Below are positions 9,116 to 18,737 of a DNA stretch of 64,000 nucleotides, in pieces. Origin of the DNA: a virus (lineage: Duplodnaviria > Caudoviricetes); the IMG/VR virus record IMGVR_UViG_3300030330_004154, positions 1 through 64,000 of that record; one strand, given 5' to 3'. The stretch's first letter is position 1. The number at the start of each line of letters is the position of its first letter. The position numbers were made by a program, and so were the translations under genes. The notes under the pieces were generated by a model. It was not told the DNA's origin and did no database searches. It saw only the letters and a list, made by a program, of their open reading frames with translations.

Positions 9116-9767
9116 TGCTCAAGTAAAACAAGATGTTTTTGTAAATAAAATTTTACAGAAAAATGAAGGGTTTTTCTTAGACATAGGCGCTGGTACTGGC
9201 GGTCTTACAGGGCGACCTGTAGAATTTTACAGCAATACTTATTTTTTTGAAAGGTATAGAGGGTGGAAAGGTATTGCCATCGACTACGATGAGAACTGGT
9301 ACAACCACGTTAAAGACAAAAGAACTTGTAAAGTTAGCTGTGTAGACTTACTGGAAGTAAACATAAACGAACATTTAAGTTCTTTAGATTGCCCACATGT
9401 TATTGATTACATTTCTTTAGATGTTGATGACGCTCAATTAAAAGTATTTAACGAGTTTGATTGGGATAAGTACAGATTTAATGTTTTGACTTTAGAGCAT
9501 AATTTATTTCAATCGCAAGATATAGAACTTCAAAGCCATGACGACGAACACAAAGAAAAGATAAAAAAAGAGTATGATCATTACAGAAAAGTGTTAAGCG
9601 ATCAGGGCTACGAAATTCTTTACGCAGATGTTGTGCTAGACGGATACGGCCCAGTAGAGGATTGGTGGGTTGACAAAGAGATATATGAAAAGTATAAATC
9701 TTACAAGACAAAAAATATAAACTATAAAGAGGTTGAGAATGCGAATTTTATATTTGGGACACTATAA
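9108..9767 (+). CDS. FkbM-like SAM-dependent methyltransferase
   Basis: AQVKQD, GFFLDIGAG, SNTYFFE..GWKGIAID, IDYISLDVD, LTLEHN, EDWWV; GTG start. Confidence 0.8.
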   Translation: MFNAQVKQDVFVNKILQKNEGFFLDIGAGTGGLTGRPVEFYSNTYFFERYRGWKGIAIDYDENWYNHVKDKRTCKVSCVDLLEVNINEHLSSLDCPHVIDYISLDVDDAQLKVFNEFDWDKYRFNVLTLEHNLFQSQDIELQSHDDEHKEKIKKEYDHYRKVLSDQGYEILYADVVLDGYGPVEDWWVDKEIYEKYKSYKTKNINYKEVENANFIFGTL

Positions 9768-10872
9768 GGAGTTTGGGGGCTGGTCTCAGGCGGCAACAGA
9801 CAACATACTGGCGCTAGACAGTGTAGGTGTTGATGTTGTTTGTAGAAATGTGACACTAACTCAAGACAAGCAAGACGTTCACCCAAGAATTTTAGAATTA
9901 GAAAAAAAAGATTCTAAAGGTTGCGATATTTGTATTCAGCACGTCCTGCCTCATCATTATGTTGGTTCTGATGAGTTTAAGAAAACCATAGCATTTATGG
10001 AAACAGAAACTTTAAATATAAAACATTTGAATTGGTTCTATCAAATGGACTTGATGGATGAGGTTTGGGTAGCAAACGAAACTTCTAAACAATGCCTAGA
10101 GTCGCATAAAATTACGCCACCTGTAAAAGTTGTTCATCACACTTGTGATGTATCAAAATACAACAAGAGGTATTCAGAAATTTCTATCCCACAGATGGAA
10201 AATACATTTAAGTTTTACTACGTTGGGGACTTTAACGACAGGAAAAATCTAGAATCTATCGTCACCTGTTTTCACTCTGAGTTTGAAGAGTATGAAAATG
10301 TTTCTCTAGCGCTAAAGTTTAATAAATTTGGACTAAACCCTCAAGAGCTAAACGCTAAAGTTGTAGATTATTTGACTGAAATAAAAAAGAAACTTAGGAT
10401 AAGGAATAATTACAAACAAGAAGTTATTATAACAGACAAAGTTCCCGAAGAGAGTTTGTTTTCTTTACATCAATACTGTGACTGCTTTGTTTGTCCATCG
10501 CATGGAGAGGCTTGGAGTATCCCAACTTTAGAAGCTATGGCTTTTGGCAATACGCCAATCGCAAGTAAATTTGGTGGGCCATGTGAATTTATAGACAAGG
10601 GGAATTGGAGGACTGGAACTTTGATAGATGGAGTTTATTCTTGCTGTAAATCTGTTGACTCAGCGTTCCCAGATCTATTTTCTTCTAAAGAGTATTGGTT
10701 TCAGCCGTGCGAAAAGCAAATTAGAGAACAAATGAGAAGGTATTATGAGTCATGGGAAAAAGATCCTGTTGGTTACACCCAAAGAAATAGAGTGGCTGGA
10801 TTAAAGCGGGTAGAAAAATTCTCATATACAAACATAGGAAATATTTTAAAGGAACAATTAAATGGCATATAG
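9739..10872 (+). CDS. GT4-like glycosyltransferase
   Basis: DEVWV, FYYVG..NDRKNL, DCFVCPSHGEAWSIPTLEAMAFG. Confidence 0.88.
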   Translation: MRILYLGHYKEFGGWSQAATDNILALDSVGVDVVCRNVTLTQDKQDVHPRILELEKKDSKGCDICIQHVLPHHYVGSDEFKKTIAFMETETLNIKHLNWFYQMDLMDEVWVANETSKQCLESHKITPPVKVVHHTCDVSKYNKRYSEISIPQMENTFKFYYVGDFNDRKNLESIVTCFHSEFEEYENVSLALKFNKFGLNPQELNAKVVDYLTEIKKKLRIRNNYKQEVIITDKVPEESLFSLHQYCDCFVCPSHGEAWSIPTLEAMAFGNTPIASKFGGPCEFIDKGNWRTGTLIDGVYSCCKSVDSAFPDLFSSKEYWFQPCEKQIREQMRRYYESWEKDPVGYTQRNRVAGLKRVEKFSYTNIGNILKEQLNGI

Positions 10873-11848
10873 TTCACAATCAATAATTGCAAGAGCAATA
10901 AAACCAAAGAACAAAGAAAAGCTAGACATCCTGTGTTTTGATACGCACGAACGCTGTCAGTCACAGATGGCAAAAACAGGACATAATTTTTACGGATTTA
11001 GATACAAAGACTGCAAGGTTTGGAATGAAAGTTTTGCAAAAATACCAGAAAATTACTACTCAATACAAGATCTTCATTCTGACATAGATTTTGACTTTAT
11101 ATTATCTCAAAGTAAATTTGGTCAACTACAAATATCAAGACAAATACAGGCGCAAACAGGTTTGCCAATCATACATCTTGAACATACTATCCCAACTTCA
11201 AATTATACCCCTGAACAAATACAGATGTTTAAAAGTATTTGGGGCGATTACAATGTATTTATTAGTGAGTATGCCAGAGAATCTTGGGGTTTTGACGAAG
11301 GTGAAACGGTTATATGTAATTCTATTGATCATGAATTTTTTAAACCAATAGAAGTAGATTCAGACGAAACAGTATTTACAGTGCAAAATGATTTTGTTAA
11401 CAGGGATTATTGCTTGAATTTTAGTGGCTGGCAGCGTATAATTAATGGCTTCAACGCAAAAGTGCTTGGTGATACACCGGGACTGTCAGAGGTTGCATCT
11501 TCACTAGAGCATCTTAGAGAAGAGTATAATAAGTGCGCTGTTTACATCAACACTACTACCGAAAGTCAGATGCCAACAGCAATATTAGAAGCTATGTCTT
11601 GCGGCAAGCCCGTGGTTAGTACGGCCACATGCTCCATACCAAGCTTTATCGAGCATGGACGTAATGGTTTTTTGACGAACGACGAAGAAGAATTTAAGGG
11701 TTACATTCAGCGGTTGTTAGACGACAAAGACCTTAGAGCCAGCATGGGCAAGGCTGCAAGAGAAACTGTCTTAGATATATTTTCTGAGCAGAAATATGTA
11801 GATAGCTGGAACAACATTTTTAGAAAAGTATACGAGGATTTAAAATGA
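10862..11848 (+). CDS. GT4-like glycosyltransferase
   Basis: VFISEY, PTAILEAMSCGKPVVST, IEHGRNGFL, MGKAARE. Confidence 0.88.
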   Translation: MAYSSQSIIARAIKPKNKEKLDILCFDTHERCQSQMAKTGHNFYGFRYKDCKVWNESFAKIPENYYSIQDLHSDIDFDFILSQSKFGQLQISRQIQAQTGLPIIHLEHTIPTSNYTPEQIQMFKSIWGDYNVFISEYARESWGFDEGETVICNSIDHEFFKPIEVDSDETVFTVQNDFVNRDYCLNFSGWQRIINGFNAKVLGDTPGLSEVASSLEHLREEYNKCAVYINTTTESQMPTAILEAMSCGKPVVSTATCSIPSFIEHGRNGFLTNDEEEFKGYIQRLLDDKDLRASMGKAARETVLDIFSEQKYVDSWNNIFRKVYEDLK

Positions 11849-12264
11849 AAATAGATGTAGTTAGAAACGCAGAAGAAGCAATTTCTGGATACAAGCCTGT
11901 TATTGTCAATGAAGAAGGTTTTGTAAATCTGTTTGACATATCTGACTCAGAATGTGTAGAAGTTAGAGCAAATGGCGTTGTCGATAAATTTAAATCTAGC
12001 CAGTTTGAGCAAACTCTCGTATCACTATTAAAGAAAATAAGACTTGGCGGAAAAATTAGCTTGAGTGGTCTAGACTGTAATATAGTATCAAGGCAGCTTA
12101 TTTCTGGTCAAATAGATGAAAATTTCTTTGGTTCGATTGTAGAAAATAGCAACTCTATTTCTTCTTTAAAAACAGTAGCGCGAATACTTCAAGTCAACGG
12201 TTTAAAAATACAAACGCAAAGAGTTTATGGAAGCACTTACGAAATTGTTGCGGTTAGAGGGTAA
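11845..12264 (+). CDS. Hypothetical protein (weak class I methyltransferase-like C-terminal half)
   Basis: ATGA-coupled ORF; LLKKIRLGGKI resembles the 'L.PGG' strand, but no GxG SAM loop is present. Confidence 0.5.
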   Translation: MKIDVVRNAEEAISGYKPVIVNEEGFVNLFDISDSECVEVRANGVVDKFKSSQFEQTLVSLLKKIRLGGKISLSGLDCNIVSRQLISGQIDENFFGSIVENSNSISSLKTVARILQVNGLKIQTQRVYGSTYEIVAVRG

Positions 12265-12265
12265 T

Positions 12266-12781
12266 ATGTATAGTTTTGATCCAAATATAGGTATTTGTAT
12301 AGATGACGATAGTGAAAACCCAGAAGATCTAGAAAATATTATCAACAAAATAATCAATCTAGAATATCCAAGAAATAAAATCAAGATTGTTATATATTCT
12401 ATTTTTGACAAAGTTGCCGCAAGAATACCTGCACTAGTTTCAAAACTTAGATCAGAGAATATTAGGTGTTCAGCGGTTTTCATAATTGAAGATAATGTTT
12501 TTGAAAACGAAACCTCTGTATTTACTAAACTTGAAAACGCAACATTTTTAGCGAAGATTTCTAGTAAAAGTAATATAAATTTACAAAAGATGCTAGACAA
12601 AATTAATCAGATTTATAACGATGAATCTAAGCAAGTTTTAGTATATCAAGACAAATCTGATATTTTTATAGATAAAGATTATGTTTCTAAAAATTATTTA
12701 AAACATATGAACTACAGTAAAATGGAAAAAGCTATTTTGAATAAAGTTAAAGATACAGAATATTTATATAATATAACATGA
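12266..12781 (+). CDS. Hypothetical protein (GT-A/GT2-like N-terminus, no evident DxD)
   Basis: LEYPRNKIKIVIY resembles the L.YP..I.I motif of GT2-type domains. ATG at 12266 follows AGAGG. Confidence 0.5.
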   Translation: MYSFDPNIGICIDDDSENPEDLENIINKIINLEYPRNKIKIVIYSIFDKVAARIPALVSKLRSENIRCSAVFIIEDNVFENETSVFTKLENATFLAKISSKSNINLQKMLDKINQIYNDESKQVLVYQDKSDIFIDKDYVSKNYLKHMNYSKMEKAILNKVKDTEYLYNIT

Positions 12782-13515
12782 GAAATGTAACAGATTTTAT
12801 AACAAGCCCAAAAGATGGCAAAATTAAATTCGACTTAAACAAAGAGTATACGGTTCTTTTGTTTACAGAAAGTCATGGATATAGGATGAAAAACTATGGA
12901 GCAGTTCAACTAACAAAATTTAATGGTTCGTTTCTTATAGACCATCAGATAAAAGCCCTCAAATCAAGATTTAAAAAACTTAAAATTATTCTGTGCTGCG
13001 GGTTTGAATCTAGTAGGATATGGAAACATTTAAAACAAAAGCACAGTAAACTAGACATAAGGTTAGTAGAAAATCAATTATACAGAACTACAAATTCGTG
13101 CGAAAGCATTAGACTTGGCCTTATGAACACAGACTGTAAAAACATATTTATATGTTCCGCATCTAATTTTTTTGAAAAGAAACATCTTGACCAGTTGAGT
13201 TTTAGTGATACATCTATATTTTGCCAAAACTTGCCCAACAACAAGGCCGACATAAAGGTTTACAAAAATAACAATACTTGCGCCAAATTAGATTTTGGAG
13301 TTGGCGATTTATGCTGGACAGAAATGCTATATCTAGATGGAGAAAAAAGCGTAAATGATTTCTACTCAATTATTGATTCCGAAGATTATAAAAGTAAATT
13401 TTTATTTGAGGCAGTAAATAAACTTACATCAAAATGTAGAATAAATGTATACGAAAACAAACATAAAGAAATAATAAAGCTAGACTCAGCGATAAAACTA
13501 AAGGAACTAATTTAA
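12778..13515 (+). CDS. Sugar/choline-phosphate nucleotidyltransferase-like protein (LicC-like, divergent)
   Basis: GYRMKNYG..L..FNG..LIDHQI, ILCCGF, EN..Y.TTN..ESIRL. The canonical LAAG loop is replaced by FTESH. Confidence 0.65.
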   Translation: MRNVTDFITSPKDGKIKFDLNKEYTVLLFTESHGYRMKNYGAVQLTKFNGSFLIDHQIKALKSRFKKLKIILCCGFESSRIWKHLKQKHSKLDIRLVENQLYRTTNSCESIRLGLMNTDCKNIFICSASNFFEKKHLDQLSFSDTSIFCQNLPNNKADIKVYKNNNTCAKLDFGVGDLCWTEMLYLDGEKSVNDFYSIIDSEDYKSKFLFEAVNKLTSKCRINVYENKHKEIIKLDSAIKLKELI

Positions 13516-14369
13516 TGAAAATATTGATACAAAATTATTCTTCCCACTATACCACAGAACCTTTCTATCTAACAGAATGTCTTAAAAGGGTTGGTATAGA
13601 CTCTCACCTATGGGCAGACGGAAACGTTCCTGCATTTGATATGTTTGATACGATTGCGCCAGATGTATTCGTAGGACATTTTGCATATCTTACAGAAGAT
13701 ATTGTAAAGTATTTGTCCCAAAACAAAAAGATAAAACCTATAATCAATGTTACGGGAACTAGCGAGCAGCAATTAAAAGGTATTACTGACACATTTATGT
13801 CAATAGGTCTAGAAAATGTAGTTCTATTTAGTAATAATTTTGTTCATCCGCATGGAGATTCTGTTCACAAAATTTTCCCAGCCTTTGATGTGTTTATTCA
13901 AAGAAGTAAACCACAATTTAATATACCACTAGCCGTAATAACAAACAACAAAGAAGACTTTGTTAATAATTTTATAGAAGACAAAGAAGTATATCACATT
14001 ATATCTTACGGAGCAGATGAAGAATGGTCAGATTTTGCAATTGATATTAGAAACTTTTGGGGTGTCTCATCGTGCTATGATGACGTAACCCTTATTGATG
14101 ACGGTATAATATCAACATCACAGTTCTTTTTCCAAGCAACCATGATGTGCAACAAACTGAATATTAAAAGTCAGACAGAAGAGCAAAGAGAAGCTTTTCA
14201 AGAAATACTTTCAATGTTATTTACGTCCGAAGAAACGTCTGAAGATGTAGGTAACGTAATAAGAAAACAAATTGTTAAAAATCACACTTGCTTTAATAGA
14301 GCATCTCAGCTAGCAAGCATACTGGGTCTAGAAGAAGAATCTAAAAAGTTATTGGAGATAGTTGAGTGA
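13515..14369 (+). CDS. Hypothetical protein, possibly CgeB/GT-B-like
   Basis: C-terminal IVKNHTCFNRASQL resembles the HTY..RA tail of CgeB-type glycosyltransferases; lies in the glycan locus. Confidence 0.5.
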   Translation: MKILIQNYSSHYTTEPFYLTECLKRVGIDSHLWADGNVPAFDMFDTIAPDVFVGHFAYLTEDIVKYLSQNKKIKPIINVTGTSEQQLKGITDTFMSIGLENVVLFSNNFVHPHGDSVHKIFPAFDVFIQRSKPQFNIPLAVITNNKEDFVNNFIEDKEVYHIISYGADEEWSDFAIDIRNFWGVSSCYDDVTLIDDGIISTSQFFFQATMMCNKLNIKSQTEEQREAFQEILSMLFTSEETSEDVGNVIRKQIVKNHTCFNRASQLASILGLEEESKKLLEIVE

Positions 14370-14998
14370 AATTTACACTATGTATAACGTGCTGGTCGCA
14401 AGATGTTCACATGTTAAATGAAACGCTTTCTTCTTTTTCTGTGCAGCAAGACGCTCCAGATGAAATAATTGTAGTGGGCAATGACCTTCAAGAGATTAAA
14501 ACAAATAGTGAGATAAAAACATTTGCAGAACCTACCCGCCAATCCCCTTCCTTTAATAGAAACAAAGGCGCAGAGATTGCTTCTGGTGACGTAATTATTT
14601 ATCACGATGTAGATGATCTTCCACATCCACAGAAAATACACTTTATAAAAAAAGCATTCTTGGAGCATGATATAGACGCATTTGTACACGGGTTTTCAGA
14701 AGGTATGATGTATCCATACAGGTATGGCGATTTAGAAATAGAGCGCATATCAAAAATCAAGCAAGACCAATATCTACATTCTGACATATGTACAGATGGC
14801 GACTTGCATCATGGACACTTGTCAATTAAAAGAGATCTTGTAAATAAATTTAAATACAATGAAGAAATGTATTTTGGTGAAGATGCAGATTTTATTAAGC
14901 GCGTATTTTTAGCTGGACATAATGTAGCATATGGCAATCACAAACTGATTAACTACAGACCAAGCTATAAAACTGAAAGAAAATGGTATCACGTTTAG
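14366..14998 (+). CDS. GT2 family glycosyltransferase
   Basis: Q..PDEIIVV, NRNKGAEIASGDVIIYHDVDD (DxD), GEDADF; GTG start. Confidence 0.88.
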   Translation: MKFTLCITCWSQDVHMLNETLSSFSVQQDAPDEIIVVGNDLQEIKTNSEIKTFAEPTRQSPSFNRNKGAEIASGDVIIYHDVDDLPHPQKIHFIKKAFLEHDIDAFVHGFSEGMMYPYRYGDLEIERISKIKQDQYLHSDICTDGDLHHGHLSIKRDLVNKFKYNEEMYFGEDADFIKRVFLAGHNVAYGNHKLINYRPSYKTERKWYHV

Positions 14999-15023
14999 AA
15001 TAAATCACTGGGAGAGAATAGAT

Positions 15024-15800
15024 ATGATTGAAGGTTGGAGCCACTTGGCGTCCGTTGAGTATAATAATTTATACGCTAGCGCCTGCATAGATGCTGTTAA
15101 TAGCGATGAAGCTTTCAAAACGTTTAAAAGAGATCATAGATACAATCAAGTTTTAGAGCATGTACCTACGGATCAGGGGCAAGTGTACGCAGATCAAATT
15201 GTAGCACAAGGTTTAGATAGCGAACTACTAAAGCTATTTAAAGAAAATGATTATTTAGGAGGTGCGTCATTGCACAACTATAATCAGCCTTTTGGCTTCA
15301 TATCTCCATCAACACTAAGATATATTAAAAACACTTTGGATATCAAGGACTTTGTTGGAGGGACTGACTTAGGTAAAGTTGTTGAGATTGGTGGTGGATA
15401 TGGAGGTCTCTGTAAAACACTAAGTTGCGCTTGTGAATTTAGTGAGTACCATTTGTATGATATAGAACCAGCATCTAAATTGCAGCAAAAATATCTATCT
15501 AATTTTGAAATTGATGCAGAGCTACACTATCACTCTAGTATAGATGTGGTACAAGACATAGATCTTGTAATCAGCAATTATGCCTATTCAGAACTAAATG
15601 AAGAACTACAAACTTTGTATTATAATAATGTAATAGCCAACTCAAAAAGAGTTTACATGATTTTAAATAAAGGTCAAGTTGATAGAGAGGTTCTGTTGAA
15701 CAGGGCGGAAAAAGATTTTACAGTTACAGTGGGTAAGGTTTTAGACTTTTATCCAGCAAATGGTCATTTGTACTATACAACGATGGTTAGGGATGTATAA
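15024..15800 (+). CDS. Putative sugar O-methyltransferase
   Basis: SPSTLRY, VVEIGGGYGG (SAM loop), DLVISNYAYSEL. Confidence 0.8.
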   Translation: MIEGWSHLASVEYNNLYASACIDAVNSDEAFKTFKRDHRYNQVLEHVPTDQGQVYADQIVAQGLDSELLKLFKENDYLGGASLHNYNQPFGFISPSTLRYIKNTLDIKDFVGGTDLGKVVEIGGGYGGLCKTLSCACEFSEYHLYDIEPASKLQQKYLSNFEIDAELHYHSSIDVVQDIDLVISNYAYSELNEELQTLYYNNVIANSKRVYMILNKGQVDREVLLNRAEKDFTVTVGKVLDFYPANGHLYYTTMVRDV

Positions 15801-16486
15801 TGAAAAATTTAGCATTAGCATTTTGCTCTGTTAGGCCAAGTCAATTACCAGAGTATATTCGCGACGGAAGAGAAGAAGAGTATTTAATATGCTTGAATCA
15901 GCTAAAAAGAGTCATACCAGAATCTTATGATTTGTTGATATGTGAAAATACTATAGATAGCTTAGACGATTTGAAAAATCAAAACTTAAAAGATCTTTTT
16001 TACGATAGTGAAACATATTTAAGTGGAAGTAAAAATAACATAGGAACAAGAAATAAAGGCAGAGGCGAATTGCTTATGCTTAAAAACGCTTTGAATAAAA
16101 CAGATTTAGATAAATACAAAAATGTATCATACATAACTGCAAGAAGATTTTTCACATGTCCATATGTATTTGAAAAAACAGAATCACTACAGAAACAAGC
16201 CCTTGTATCAAATCCAGACTTTTTCTTTTTAAATGGCCGTTACATTGAAAGCGAAAAACGTGGTATGTACAATGACATGTTTTTTTCTATGAATACGGAT
16301 GTGATTTGCGATTATGCAGATTACGCAATGTCTGGTAATGACTCAATTGGTTCTGAACAAACGCTGTATAACTTTATAAACACTAAGGGTATAGAGTACG
16401 AATGGTTGGACTGGTTGGGTTTGATTCGTAATAACTGGACAGACAATTATCAATCTTACGACGCAAATAATTTTCACACATGTTAA
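15800..16486 (+). CDS. Hypothetical protein of the glycan locus (possible transferase)
   Basis: Coupled ORF (TAATG); REEEY, ICEN, NKGRGE, ITARR pattern. Confidence 0.55.
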   Translation: MKNLALAFCSVRPSQLPEYIRDGREEEYLICLNQLKRVIPESYDLLICENTIDSLDDLKNQNLKDLFYDSETYLSGSKNNIGTRNKGRGELLMLKNALNKTDLDKYKNVSYITARRFFTCPYVFEKTESLQKQALVSNPDFFFLNGRYIESEKRGMYNDMFFSMNTDVICDYADYAMSGNDSIGSEQTLYNFINTKGIEYEWLDWLGLIRNNWTDNYQSYDANNFHTC

Positions 16487-16501
16487 TAACTTGGAGATAA
16501 A

Positions 16502-17635
16502 ATGGAAATTCGTGACAACATGCTTCCTGTCTTGAGGCCCGTAGGAGGCGAAGAGGAAATACAAGCAATTAGAGACTCTATAGAAAGTGGTTGGTGGGGT
16601 AATGGGCCTAAAGTAAGCCAGTTTGAAAAAGAGTTTGCAGAAATGGTGGGCGCTAAATATGCAGTTGCTGTTACAAGCAACTCTCATGGTCAAGACTTGG
16701 TTATGAAAGCGTTGGGTGTAAAAGGTAAAGATGTTATAAACCCTACCATTTCTTTTATGGCTACCGCTATGATTCCTCTTTGGAATGACTGTACAACAAA
16801 CGTTGTAGACGTAGACCCCTACGAAATGAATATATGTCCAGACGATGTTAAGAAACATCTAAAACCAAACTCTGAAGTTTTGATAGCTGTAAACGAAGCT
16901 GGAGTACCAGCGCCTATTGATGAAATTAGATCTTTTTACGATGGATTTATTATAGAAGATTGCGCACATAGCTGCTGGACTCCGGGCGCGGGAACTAAAG
17001 GTGATGTCGCGGTTTGGTCTTTCCAAGCTGTAAAAACTATGCCGTGTGGAGACGGTGGTATGATTACCCTGAATGATGAAAAGCTATATAACAGATTAAA
17101 AGAAATGACTTGGTTTGGGGTTTCTTCTACATACTCCAGAGTAAATAAAAAAGATTCTCTTTCAGGTAAACCGGGATACACTTGGGATTACGAAGTAGAC
17201 AAGTTGGGATACAAGTGCTACATGATTGACTTAACAGCAGCAATCTGTTTGGAACAAATGAAAAAGCTACCTAAAAATTTAGAGTGGAGAAGGCATGTTC
17301 AGGAGCGCTATAATAATGAATTATGTCAAGAGGTTAGTCGTCCACCGTACAGCGATACAGTACAGTATTATTGCGCTAAAGTTCCTCACGAAGATAGAGA
17401 TAATTTAATCGACTATCTAGCAGACAAAAATGTACACACGTCTGTTCACTTTAAACCTTTACATAAATATGAAATTATTCAAAAGCATATGACTCATCCG
17501 GGTAGAGAGTTTGCTGTTGCAGACCATGAATGGTTGGGCTTAGTGTCTTTGCCAGTTCATCCAGCCATGACAGATGATGATATCGACTATGTTGTTTACT
17601 GGGTTAATGAATATTTTATGTCAAAGAAAGGCTAA
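16502..17635 (+). CDS. DegT/DnrJ/EryC1/StrS PLP-dependent sugar aminotransferase
   Basis: GPKVSQFEKEFA, IIEDCAHS, SFQAVKTMPCGDGGM (PLP Lys), VSLPVHP. Confidence 0.93.
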   Translation: MEIRDNMLPVLRPVGGEEEIQAIRDSIESGWWGNGPKVSQFEKEFAEMVGAKYAVAVTSNSHGQDLVMKALGVKGKDVINPTISFMATAMIPLWNDCTTNVVDVDPYEMNICPDDVKKHLKPNSEVLIAVNEAGVPAPIDEIRSFYDGFIIEDCAHSCWTPGAGTKGDVAVWSFQAVKTMPCGDGGMITLNDEKLYNRLKEMTWFGVSSTYSRVNKKDSLSGKPGYTWDYEVDKLGYKCYMIDLTAAICLEQMKKLPKNLEWRRHVQERYNNELCQEVSRPPYSDTVQYYCAKVPHEDRDNLIDYLADKNVHTSVHFKPLHKYEIIQKHMTHPGREFAVADHEWLGLVSLPVHPAMTDDDIDYVVYWVNEYFMSKKG

Positions 17636-17637
17636 CA

Positions 17638-18021
17638 ATGAAATATCACGAAGACGATAGAGCGCAAAGACTTCTAGACGTATTTGACGACCTAGAAGGG
17701 CAAGTAAACGTTTCTTATGTAAATTCTACAAAACACATTGTAGCTTGGCATAAGCATAATTTACAGACAGACTACTGGGTTTGCCTAAAAGGTTCTTTTA
17801 AGGTCGGCTTGGCTACAGAAGAAGGTGGGTGTAAATTTGAATACTTATCTGACAAAAATCCAAGAGTATTAGAAATACCTCCGGGTATATATCATGGATA
17901 TAAATGTCTTGAAGAAGGGTCTATACTTATGTATTATGTAACTAGAAAGTACGATCCAAATGACGAGATAAGAGCCTCCGTGGGGCATTTTGGAGAAGAC
18001 TGGGGAACAGAAAATAAATAG
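17638..18021 (+). CDS. rmlC: RmlC-like cupin (dTDP-4-keto-6-deoxyglucose epimerase/isomerase family)
   Basis: HEDDR, AWHKH..QTD, LEIPPGIYHGY, YDPNDE; lies next to rmlA and rmlB. Confidence 0.78.
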   Translation: MKYHEDDRAQRLLDVFDDLEGQVNVSYVNSTKHIVAWHKHNLQTDYWVCLKGSFKVGLATEEGGCKFEYLSDKNPRVLEIPPGIYHGYKCLEEGSILMYYVTRKYDPNDEIRASVGHFGEDWGTENK

Positions 18022-18029
18022 AGGTACTT

Positions 18030-18737
18030 ATGAAAGGTATAATACTTGCTGGCGGAACTGGTAGTAGACTGTACCCTTTAACAAAGGTTACAAACAAACA
18101 TCTTCTACCGATAGGTTCATTCCCTATGATTCACTACCCTATATTAAGCATGACAAATGCTGGCATACGTGATATTATGATTATCAGCGGAACAGGGCAT
18201 GTGGGTGACATGATTGCGCTGCTAGGCAGCGGAAGTGAATATGAGTGCGAGTTTACCTTCAAAGTTCAAGACAGGCCAGACGGTATCGCTGGAGCTTTAA
18301 GGTTATGTAAAAATTTTGTAGGAGATGATAACTGTCTAGTTATACTAGGAGATAATATATTTGAAAGAGACTTGTCAAATGATATTAAAACATTCAACTG
18401 TGATGCCAAGTTCTTTTTTAAAGAAGTAGAAGATCCAGAAAGGTATGGTGTTGGAACTTTTACAAAAGACAACAATCTGGTAGAGATAGAAGAGAAACCA
18501 AAAAGGCCAAAAAGTAATCTTGGCTGTATTGGAATTTATATGTATAACAATAAAGTTTTTGACGCTATAAAAAACGTAAAAAAATCACCGCGAGGTGAAT
18601 ATGAAATAAGCAGCGTCAATACTTATATGCTAAAAAACCACAAATGTGATTACACAATACTTGAAGATTTTTGGAAAGATGCAGGCACTATGGAAGCTTA
18701 CCACTATACAAATGGGCTAATCTATGAAAAAGAATAA
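18030..18737 (+). CDS. rmlA: Glucose-1-phosphate thymidylyltransferase
   Basis: GIILAGGTGSRLYPLT..NKHLLP, Q..PDGIA, LGDN, EEKP, RGEYEI, W.DAGT. Confidence 0.93.
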   Translation: MKGIILAGGTGSRLYPLTKVTNKHLLPIGSFPMIHYPILSMTNAGIRDIMIISGTGHVGDMIALLGSGSEYECEFTFKVQDRPDGIAGALRLCKNFVGDDNCLVILGDNIFERDLSNDIKTFNCDAKFFFKEVEDPERYGVGTFTKDNNLVEIEEKPKRPKSNLGCIGIYMYNNKVFDAIKNVKKSPRGEYEISSVNTYMLKNHKCDYTILEDFWKDAGTMEAYHYTNGLIYEKE

